64,000 bases of DNA from the NCBI RefSeq assembly GCF_009914755.1, contig NC_060934.1; one strand, 5' to 3'. The translations under genes were made by a program, and so were the position numbers. The notes beneath the pieces were generated by a model. That model was not told the origin of the DNA, did not search any database, and worked only from the letters and a program-made list of their open reading frames with translations. The stretch is from the human T2T-CHM13v2.0 reference genome, Homo sapiens. Positions 53,274 to 64,000 of the stretch are shown here, one piece after another. The first letter of the stretch is position 1. Each line of letters opens with the position of its first letter.

Positions 53274-54673
53274 CTATACTTGTTTTCTATTGTTTCATTT
53301 TCACTAATTTCAGCAAAAGACTTACACAAGCACATAAATCACACAAATTACAGTGGTGCTTAGAAAGACACTTCCTGGGCCTGACAGTGCATGCATCAAT
53401 GAGGGAGGCAGCACCTTCACAGCAGACTCCTCCACTGAGCCACAGCCCATGTGGAGAATCCAGAAGACCCAGGCGTGCTCCCCGCCCTGATGGCCATCAG
53501 TGAAGCGGCTTCACAGTGCTACACCGAGCCAAGCAAGTATACAAATGCATGATTCCACGACTCCCGGGGAGGGCTGTGCCCAGTTCCCACTTTAACTCAG
53601 TCCCCGCAGACAGCACTCCTGGTGTCTGCTGGGCTGACCTCCCCCATGTTCCATTTCCACCTTCTGAAGTTCCCCGAGAGCGTGCCACGCACTTAGACAC
53701 GGGACCTTGGGGCGCAGTGAGCATCTCAGGCAGTGTCATCCCTCCACAGGTGCCCCACTGTGGGCTCCAGCCCTTCTGTCCACCTCTGGAGCCGCAACTG
53801 CCATCAATAACCACCCCTGCTCCCAGCAGCATGTGGAGCCCAGGCTCCCAATGGCACAGAGCTCAGACCTGGGCTCTGCAGGCTTCCCCTGCCTGCTTGC
53901 CACCTACCTAACATCCTGACTTTCCCGACCTCACGCCACTCGGAGATTTTCTAATCTGTGGCTTTGCCACAAAGCTCCCTCCTGCCTCTTCCCTGACCCG
54001 GTTTCCCCCGTGGTCCCTGGGCCCACCTGCGCTAGAGCACGCCACAGCTACCCTGACATCCAGGGCTCCTTCTCTGAATGCACTCACTCACAGTTGGTAG
54101 AAAAAGCCTCTGGCACTTTCTCTTCTCTGTTTTCTTTCAGCACATCACACACTCCCTGATGGTGGAGGCTTTACCCCTTCACAGTGCTTAAGACACACAC
54201 AAGACCACAAATCGGAAGATTCAAGCTTTTACTACATAGTTTCCCATTCCCCTTTTCTGCATTGTTGTTCTCTACAGATTGGCTTTTAATTCACAGAACC
54301 CTAACACTGCCATGCACACTTGAAGACTTACTGACCTGAAATAACCATTCAATGCACTAGCACTGTGCCCTCCTTTCAAAGAGCTACACAGCGAGTGTGT
54401 AAAGGAGAAATCTGTAGTGTGAGCACTGCTCATTAACCTACTGGTTTGGACTACAGTATACGGGGTTTTCTTAAAGCACAGCTCTGAGGCCAGGCCACGA
54501 ATATGAAGTAATTTAGGAAACGTACAACCTGTTGCCTACTCATGGAATTATCTTGTGTAGTCATGAATAATTTCAATTAAAAGCGGGAAGATTGGAGCTT
54601 GTCACAAAACAGAGCTTAATAAGGGGGGAAAAAGAGTAAGGTTAAAAAATAGAGCTTAAAACAGTTGTCTCTA

Positions 54674-54937
<264 letters not shown>

Positions 54938-55109
54938 TTAATTTTTCTTTTACATGATGTAACTTCAAACTTAGCATGATCAAAATGGAGTCACTTACTT
55001 TCCACCTAACGTCCACTCTTACCTCCTGACAAGCCTGACAATTTCTCACAGAATCCCAGCCCAATTAGCTTTTTTAATAGGAAAAGTAAGTGCATGTGTG
55101 TATGTGTTG

Positions 55110-55990
55110 CATCTATTTTTAAAAGACTTAATACATAACTTACAAGCAATAATATTCACAATTTTAAAGACTCAACTGAGTTCTGACAACTGTGGCAAGC
55201 TATGAAGCCACCACATCATAGTACTGGGCCTTTCTAGCACCCCAAAACTCTCCCATCCCCACTGCAGTCAACCACACCCCGACTGGGCCTCCAGCAGCTT
55301 CTCATCTGCTCTCTGTCCCTGCAGCTTTGCCACATCTAGGCTTCCCATGAATGGCCTCAGGATGTCATCTGGCACCCGGCTTCTTTCCCTTTGTGGGAAG
55401 CTTCGAGATGCACCAATACCAAGCATGCATCATTGTTGCGCTCCTTCACAGCTAGTGGCATTTCTTTGTAAGGATGTATATGTTGATGGAAATCTGGGTT
55501 GTTTCAAGCTTTGTGCAGACGCCTGTTTTCATTTCTCTTGAAGGAACGTTAGGAGCGGGGCTTTCCTGGTCCGTGCATGTTGGCTGGCACTGTGAGAACT
55601 GTGACCCCGTTTCCTAGGTGGCCACACCATTTTGGCTCCTTTGGCAGCATGTGAGCATTCCCCCTGCCTCTCAGGATTGATGCATTTGGTGCTGGCAGTA
55701 ATTTTTAAAATGTTAGTCATTCTAGTAGGTGTATAATTGTATATCACTGTAGTTTTAATCTGCATTTTTCTAATAATTATGATACATTTCCCTAAGAAAG
55801 TAATGAGATTATTTCCCATGTAATGATTTATGTGCCTATTTGCCATTAGGAACTCTTAGATGATATCTGTCAAAATCTTTTACCCATGTGTTAATTGGGT
55901 TGTGTGTTCTCATTACTGAATTGTTCGTTTTTCGTATATTCTGAATACAGGCCTTTATCAGACACCATTTTTGCAAATGTTTTTTCCCAG
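55110..55990 (-). mobile_element. Old L1 (L1M) 3' fragment
   Basis: the - strand translation IRKMQIKTTVIYNYTPTRM resembles the L1 ORF2 C-terminus; ATCACTGTAGTTTTAATCTGCATTTTTCTAAT. Confidence 0.75.
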
Positions 55991-56817
55991 AGGCCAAACT
56001 ACCTTTGAGAATCCATTTGGGTCCCCTTCTCTCCCGTGGCCTCCTCCCTTCCTTCGTTCCACCCGGCTGCTCCCCCAGCGGCTGCCAATCCCCGTCTCAC
56101 TTTTCTTTTCACTCCCACCATCCTGGCCTAGGTCGTCATGTCATGCTTAGGTGTCTAATTGCCTCTCAGCAGTTTTCTCCATCCAATTTCTCTATTTTTC
56201 TGCAAAACTATCCTGAATGAGGCTGCAGCTACACTGCTCACTGACCCGACAGTTCTCCTGCCTTAATACATGAAGCACCCGTGTGCTCCCCATCTTCCAT
56301 ACAGGCCCTCCCCAGAGCCACAGGGCACACCTGTCTCCCCCACACACGCTGTCCTCCCTCCATGCCCACCGCTCCACCATCCCTGTGTGCCTCACGCCTG
56401 TCCCACAGAATCCTGGTGCTGCTCTGTGGCTGGCACACACCCGGTATGCCTGAGACAGGCCTCTTCCCAACACACAGCTCTCAACTGTCCACTCTGCTCA
56501 CAGGCCAGGCAACACGCACTGCAGCAGAACAATGGTACTGGCATATTACGGCACCTGATAAAAGTATTTACAAAATCTGTAAAATAAATACATCTTTTCA
56601 AGCTACTTCTTTTCAATGACTCCTGCGTTTCCTACTGAGCTACACGGGCGATTTTCTGAGAATATCTGAACTCAATGCATCGAACGTGAGCTCTGTTGGC
56701 GCCCAGCGGACACCTGTTGGTTGAAATAATACCTGCCTCCAACTACTAACTCACTAACAAGTCCACTAGGCCCGAGTGCAGGTTAGGGACTCGCCAGCTC
56801 GGAAGGAAGCCTCTGAC

Positions 56818-56956
56818 CTTTCTCGTAGATCTGCTGCCTGTCTCCGGGGGACAGAGCCTCGACCTTCTGCTTGAGCTTCGTGGCTTCCACCTGTGCCTGC
56901 TTCTCGTGATACTTGTCATCTGGCCTCATCGATAAAGTCAGCTTATGCTGGTTATT
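56818..56956 (-). CDS. PITRM1: PITRM1 exon 14
   Basis: NNQHKLTLSMRPDDKYHEKQAQVEATKLKQKVEALSPGDRQQIYEK. Confidence 0.96.
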
Positions 56957-58156
56957 CTGCAGCAATCACAGCAACAACAAAAGCCAAGTGAAAACAAGAT
57001 CTTACTATATCCTAACACTCAACAAGCTTCTGCTGGTGTGTTCTTGGTCCTGTGGTTCCACTTTCCCACTTTAAAAATAGTAATAATAGAACGCACCTCA
57101 AGAGTTGTTTTGCTGATGCAAGTACACAAGCCTTATAAAATGCTTACCACCATACCTGCCTATGTAGTAAGCACAGAATTCATATATGCTGTTATTCTAC
57201 TGTTATTATTATTATGGTCATTAAGTCTTAAACATATCAATACTAAACATTTTCATTACATCTTAGTTGTAAAAAGGTTTGCACTTTCAAGTACTACAGA
57301 TCTTGGATTTTAGTCTAATTGAAGATAATATAGAATTCTATTTTTTGTCTAGCGTTCATTCTACTATTAAGCTCTAAAAGGCTAGAACTACATTTCCCAT
57401 TCAATACTTCATAAGTTATTAGAACAAAATACATGTTGACGTTAATATAAAAATGAACATTAGGTGATTTCATGTCCTTTCCTTGTTTCAACAATTAAAA
57501 AACTACACATGCACAAAATGCTCCCGTATAAAATACTACAAACAGGTGAGATAACTAGAAGACACCAGAAAGTTCATGGAAAATAACTTACAACAGCTGA
57601 GAGAAACTGCAGGTCAAATTATTAAATCATATCTCATGTCTAAAACAATGGAACCTACTGGAGAGTTTCCCTTCACAGCAGACAACAGTCTCTCCCACCA
57701 CGGGAACCCTTTTTAAAAGTTCTACCATAGTAATGAGTACAAAGCAAAGAACAGGCAACCAAGCACAACTGCCTAAAAATCTGAGAAAACAAACGCGCAA
57801 GCATCAAAAGAATTCACTCATGAAAACCAGAAGATTCATTACATTTGGGTGACTGTTCACATATTTTATATTCTTCTACTAATAAAAGAACAATATATGC
57901 AGATGTTTTGTTCATACACACAAACATACATATATTCACACACTAAAAATGCACATATACATTTATCTAAAAAATTCAACTTGCATTACAATCTGGAAAA
58001 TAATTAAGTTAATGTAAGCATTTAAATTTTTAATTAGAAATTAAGTCACCCATTAACAGAAATTACTTAAATGTATAGATTATGTTCCTAATATTCCTTT
58101 CATTAGTATAAAATTCAACTTCAAAATTAGAGAAATGAATTATCCAACTTTCTTAC

Positions 58157-58291
58157 CTTAAAATACTGTTTTACTTTTTCTTGCAAAAATTTTGGATTTT
58201 CCTGCAGGCACTGTCTGAATTTAGCTAACTGATTTCCCAACTTCAAGAGCTCCACAGGGTCCCCATCATGGTTCCAGCAAGAAGCTATGTA
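58157..58291 (-). CDS. PITRM1: PITRM1 exon 13
   Basis: YIASCWNHDGDPVELLKLGNQLAKFRQCLQENPKFLQEKVKQYFK. Confidence 0.96.
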
Positions 58292-58661
58292 CTGGAAGGA
58301 AGATTTCCACATCCACAATGCAGCTGGTACCACAGTACAACCTCCACCAACAGCCCAGACTTGATACTAAAATCCTAGTTTCTGTATTTAAATATACCAC
58401 AGATGATTGTTTATAACAAAAGTCATGTAATTCTTTGGATGGAGAAACAAAAAAACTTACTTTAGCCCTGTTTTGTTCCAATAAAATAAAAAGCACAGGC
58501 TGAAATAATGTTTAGGAAATAACCAACAGATTACTAGTTATAAACCCTTACCCATTTAAAGTAATCTATTTCACATAAAAATATCAAAATGCCAGTTAAG
58601 CTAGTAACAAGACAAAATGTCTATTATAAAACAAAAACAAAATTGTTGAGAGATCACTTAC

Positions 58662-58758
58662 TGATGTCAGCATCAGCCCAAAGCTGGTAGACTGATGTTT
58701 CATCTGTATTTCAATTTTATGAAGTAAAGCCTCAATTCGATCATCTTCAAATCCTTTC
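58662..58758 (-). CDS. PITRM1: PITRM1 exon 12
   Basis: [32 protein letters not shown]. Confidence 0.96.
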
Positions 58759-58785
58759 CTAAAGAATACAATGAAGAACAAAGAT

Positions 58786-59080
58786 GGGCCAGACACAATG
58801 GCTCATGCTTGTAATCCCAGCACTTTGGGAGGCCAAGGCAGGAGGACTGCTTGAGGCCAGGCATTTAAGACCAGCTTGGGCAACACAGAGAAAGCCCATC
58901 TCTACTACACAAAAATTAGCTGGGCATGGTGGTGTGCACCCTAGTTCCAGCTACTTGGGAGGCTGAGGTGGAAGGATCACCTGAGCCTGGTAGGGGAGGA
59001 AAATGCAGTGAGCTGAGATCACGCCACTGCACAGGAGGCTGGGTGACAAAGCGAGACCCTGTCTCAAAACAAAACAAAAA
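58786..59080 (+). mobile_element. AluJ
   Basis: Alu consensus similarity. Confidence 0.88.
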
Positions 59081-59266
59081 CCTAAGATGTTGAAGAGTTT
59101 TAGTAACAGAAGGTAGCAGAGATAATATTTAAACAACTAAATATGAACAAAAGCATGTTATATGACAGAGAAGGAAGGCCGAAACAATGCATCAGGCTCA
59201 GCTTCTCCCAAAAAGCACACAGGAATGAGGAACGAAAGCAGATTGTTACAAACAAGCTACACTCAC

Positions 59267-59380
59267 TCAACTACTTCATCAATCGTTCTGTCTATGAGGC
59301 TTCTGACGGTCTCAATGTCTTTCTCCACAATCCCTTGGAGGCCGACACTAAAGTAGGCCTCCCTCGTGTAGCCATTATAT
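59267..59380 (-). CDS. PITRM1: PITRM1 exon 11
   Basis: YNGYTREAYFSVGLQGIVEKDIETVRSLIDRTIDEVV. Confidence 0.96.
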
Positions 59381-59634
59381 CTAGAAGACAAAACCAGAAA
59401 TGATGCACTGGAATCCGGGCACGTTCATCATGCCCTCGTAATATGCTTGATTTAAAGATCAGAACGAAGCGCCTTAAACTCCAGCCCCTCCACTGAAAAG
59501 CTCATTAAAGCAGTGTTCTCAAGTAACTGGTTCTGTGTACATCCATGTCATTTTTACATCATTTTTTAAAAATAAAATTTAAACTTTTGAGTTATGGCAG
59601 GATAAATATCAAAACAGAGAACTGCTGAGATTTA

Positions 59635-59787
<153 letters not shown>

Positions 59788-59959
59788 CTAATATTTAATG
59801 ACCTGACCTGTAAGAGACAACAGCATGACATTCTGAGGCCCTGGAAAAGCTGTCTTTGTGCTGGGTGTTTTTCTTTTGGACAAATGCCCCCTTGGGGGGA
59901 CACAAATGGCTGGCACTGGATCCAGGATCTCATCCAGAGTTCCCTGATGGGGGCGGCCA

Positions 59960-60118
59960 TCCTGTGTACCATGAGACACTCAGCAACTTCCTGGTCCGCC
60001 ATCTTCCGATTATAGCAATCAAAAATCCAAAAATGTTCCAGACATTGTCAAGTGTGGGGCCGGGACAGGGTGCGGAGGTGGAGGAGCAAAACTGCCCCCA
60101 ACCAATTAGAACTACTGA
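59960..60118. mobile_element. MER20-like relic
   Basis: AAATGTTCCAGACATTGTCAAGTGT...GCAAAACTGCCCCC...GAACTACTG. Confidence 0.6.
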
Positions 60119-60140
60119 TCTAATCTAATCACAAACTCAC

Positions 60141-60269
60141 CCAACATCAGGAGAAAAGTCTGTGCCAAGGCCAGATTCAATCAAGGCTTTGTAAAAGGGA
60201 GAATTGGGCCCAGAAGTCAAGAGTGAAGACAGAAGACTTAATGTGAAGGCTTCAAATGTGTCGGTGATG
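60141..60269 (-). CDS. PITRM1: PITRM1 exon 10
   Basis: [43 protein letters not shown]. Confidence 0.96.
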
Positions 60270-61074
60270 CTGCATTGAAAAAAAAAGGAACGGGGAGGTA
60301 AGAAAAGAGTAAAGGGAAAATTACTGGCCCTTATGCACATTTTATTTAAAACCACTACACATCTTTCTAGAAATTCTTGCATTTCAACATTTAACAATTT
60401 TATGAGCAGAAGAGAATTTTCCTTAAATACCGGGATTTTTGAAGGGGGGCACAAACCATCAAATTAACTTCACTGCACACGAAATGCTCACCATGGGACA
60501 GCCTGCCAAGCACTTTTCACACGTGATTTAAATCACAGGCACTGTGGCAGCACCATTAAGGAGACAAGGAACAAGCCAGGAGAGGTGCCAGCCACGGAGC
60601 TGCAGGCTGAGCACGGGAGGGCCCAGAGCCCAAGCCTTCCCTTCCTGAACACCCCCGGGCATGGTTCCGACCTAGTCTCGTGAAACCACCGGAATTACAA
60701 AGTTTTGTATGTGGTATATTTTGCCGAGGTGCATGTTCATAGTACCATTCTCACACTCAAAGGGACCTGTGACCTCAAAATGTGAGCACCTGCTGGTCTG
60801 AGGCAGTCTTTTCTCTGTAGGAATAAAGCTTTGAAATACAATAAGTAAATTACTTTTCTTCCGGAGGGCTATCAAAAACGATTTTCCTCAAAAACCATTT
60901 TGGATGTTATTAAAAACTTCGACATTTTGTTCTCTATTCCTAAAATCCACTTAACCCCTGAATCCTAACCGTATATTAATTAACATTCAATTGTAGAACT
61001 CACTTCCGAACCTTCTAATAGGAACATTTTCCTCATGTTTTTGTCTTGTATGAGCTTTGACAGCATATACTTAC

Positions 61075-61163
61075 TCCGGTAAGAGGAAGCTAACGCTGAC
61101 GGTTGTTTGTTTAGAGGGATCTGTAGCAAATGAATCCGGGCCACATGTTATCTGGAATTCCCT
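61075..61163 (-). CDS. PITRM1: PITRM1 exon 9
   Basis: REFQITCGPDSFATDPSKQTTVSVSFLLP. Confidence 0.95.
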
Positions 61164-61431
61164 CTGTAAAATGATGTGACGTTGTGAGTAGGCACAGTGT
61201 CTGACGGGTTGTCAACTACTCTAGGTTATCTGGATACACGAAATGGAGCGAAACAGGCTTTCCACTAAGTTAACTTTCCTTTCAAACAAATTACCATTCT
61301 TTCAGCTTGAAAAGCTCTCCCATACTCTGTACCAAACATGACAGCATCTGAAATCCCATCATCAATACCCAGTCCAAGTCCTCATGTCAACATATTTACC
61401 AGGAAGGACACAAACACGGTGGGGCACTCAC

Positions 61432-61558
61432 AGGCTTGTCCCAGGGTGTCTGAGCTGGCACCACGGTGCTTGGTTCAATTTTCTGGAATTTGCTCAGTGC
61501 TTCCTCGTGAATTTGTTTCAGATGCTGTTCTAATGGAAAATTACCGTACGTGAAGAAC
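61432..61558 (-). CDS. PITRM1: PITRM1 exon 8 (gene continues beyond the window)
   Basis: FFTYGNFPLEQHLKQIHEEALSKFQKIEPSTVVPAQTPWDKP. Confidence 0.96.
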
Positions 61559-61644
61559 CTAAAATTTTAAGGGAATATAATTAGTCTGTTTTAGTTTAAA
61601 AGATGTGAGATCAAGTGCTGTCTGTTTCACTGAAACACAGCACA

Positions 61645-62420
<776 letters not shown>

Positions 62421-63120
62421 AAAAATCGATCTTACATTTTAAACTTCATCTAGATGTGACAAAAACCAAATGAGGTATTTGTTAAAACACTTTATAACCC
62501 TAGGTACAGTAATATAGTAATCCAACTGACAATCTCACAAAACTCAATTTTTGGCAACAAATTCAAGGTTATACACGTTTATAAAGATAACACATTTATT
62601 CAACCAGAGGAAAAAGGTTACAATGACAGAATTTATCTTTTTCTTTACTATATAGCCTGAGCTATGGTTAAGGTTTGGGAAACTAGTATCTTACAGAACC
62701 TTCAGAAATTTCTCACTCTAGAATTTAGAAACAAATTTTACACACTCGGGGTTGAGAGAATCCAGGAGCAATCACCACCCCTAGTGTTCAGATGCTGCTC
62801 TCCAAAGACCCTTCCCCATTAGCCACAGAAATCAGAGCTCCCTGGGGAAACAGACAGTTGAACCTCTGGAGCAGGGAGGGCCCGGCTGTGCGTGCATTAG
62901 GGAGGTGGGGGTGGGGGCGTAGAAACCAAAGAAGTTAGACCAAAACGGGCCCACAGCTGGGGCAAATGTGGGCATAAAAATGAATAAATTCCATCTGATC
63001 ACATAATCTCAAATATATACATATACAGAAATATTTCTGTGAGGTCAGAGTGGTACTAAAAAACAAAACAAGACTGGGGAAAAAAAAAAAAGAAGAAAAG
63101 AAAGAACTCTCTTCTCCATG

Positions 63121-63402
63121 TTGGGCGCAGTGGCTCACACCTGTAATCCCAGCACTTTGGGAGGTCAAGGTGGGCAGACTGAACTCAGAAGTTCAAGACC
63201 AGCCTGGGCAACATGGCGAGACTCTGTCTCTACAAAAAAATATAAGCACTAGCTGGGCATGGTGGCGTGCGCCTGTAGTCCCAGCTACTCAGGAGGCTGA
63301 GGTGGCCCAGGAGGCTGAGGCTGCAGTAAGACAAGATCATGCCACTGTACTCCAGCCTGGGGGACAGAACCAGACCCTGTCTTAAAAAAAAAAAAAAAAA
63401 AA
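63121..63402 (+). mobile_element. AluJ
   Basis: Alu consensus with A tail. Confidence 0.88.
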
Positions 63403-64000
63403 CAAGACAGCCTCTTCTGTCACCATTAAAAGTAGTTCCTGCACCACCCCTCCTCCTCAAACTGGACTTCCCAGGGAGAGCAGCCGGCCCTGCCTTTTCC
63501 ACAGAACCATATTTCAAGATAACCCGATAGCCCAGCTGATGTGGAGCTCTTCTTTGAAGAAGTCCAGCAAACAAATGAAGAAGTTACAGAATTAGAAAAC
63601 TTCGCAAACTCTAATAAAGTAATTGATTCAGGCAATAATCCTCAATGAATATGAAAACCATTAATAGGTTGATGAGGAACTCATTATCACAGGACACCAG
63701 AAACTCAAGCCCGCCAGATGGTCTGTGGCTGAAGGGAAAAAGCAGATCTTCCCAAGGCAGTGGCTGACTCTCAGCATGGACCCCGCTGGTGTGAGATCCC
63801 CAGTGGAGGCGAGCAGACCTCACATGATGGTAGGATGTGGCCGTCTATGGAGAGCTCCCCATGAGGGACTCTGCTTACAAAGGCACAGCCTGACTCAAAC
63901 TAAGTCTTTGGATCTAAGTTCCAGTGCTCAGGAAACACAGGAACATGGCACCCAACACCAGGCGGGAACAGCCAGGCCACCTGGAAAGTGAGTGCGCCAG

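Overview
Human (primate) genomic DNA recognised as the PFKP/PITRM1 locus (10p15). The + strand carries PFKP (platelet-type 6-phosphofructokinase) coding exons 3-22 (556-37856) and its 3' UTR. The - strand carries PITRM1 (mitochondrial presequence protease, M16C family) exons 8-27 (61558 down to 39275). The two genes converge tail-to-tail. All 40 exons were placed by GT-AG boundaries and reading-frame continuity; exon numbers come from recalled gene structures. Introns hold many Alus (one young AluYa5), MER44/Tigger3/MER20/MIR/L1 relics, microsatellites and two VNTRs. The main finding is an intact, diverged paralogous copy of PFKP exon 16 at 26365-26517. It has the same length (153 nt) and phase, 24/51 aa identity and good splice signals, so it is a candidate mutually exclusive exon replacing the segment around the fructose-2,6-bisphosphate site. 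A second finding is an 18-bp Alu target-site sequence from intron 13 that reappears at the equivalent junction of another Alu 17 kb away, suggesting an ectopic templated insertion.
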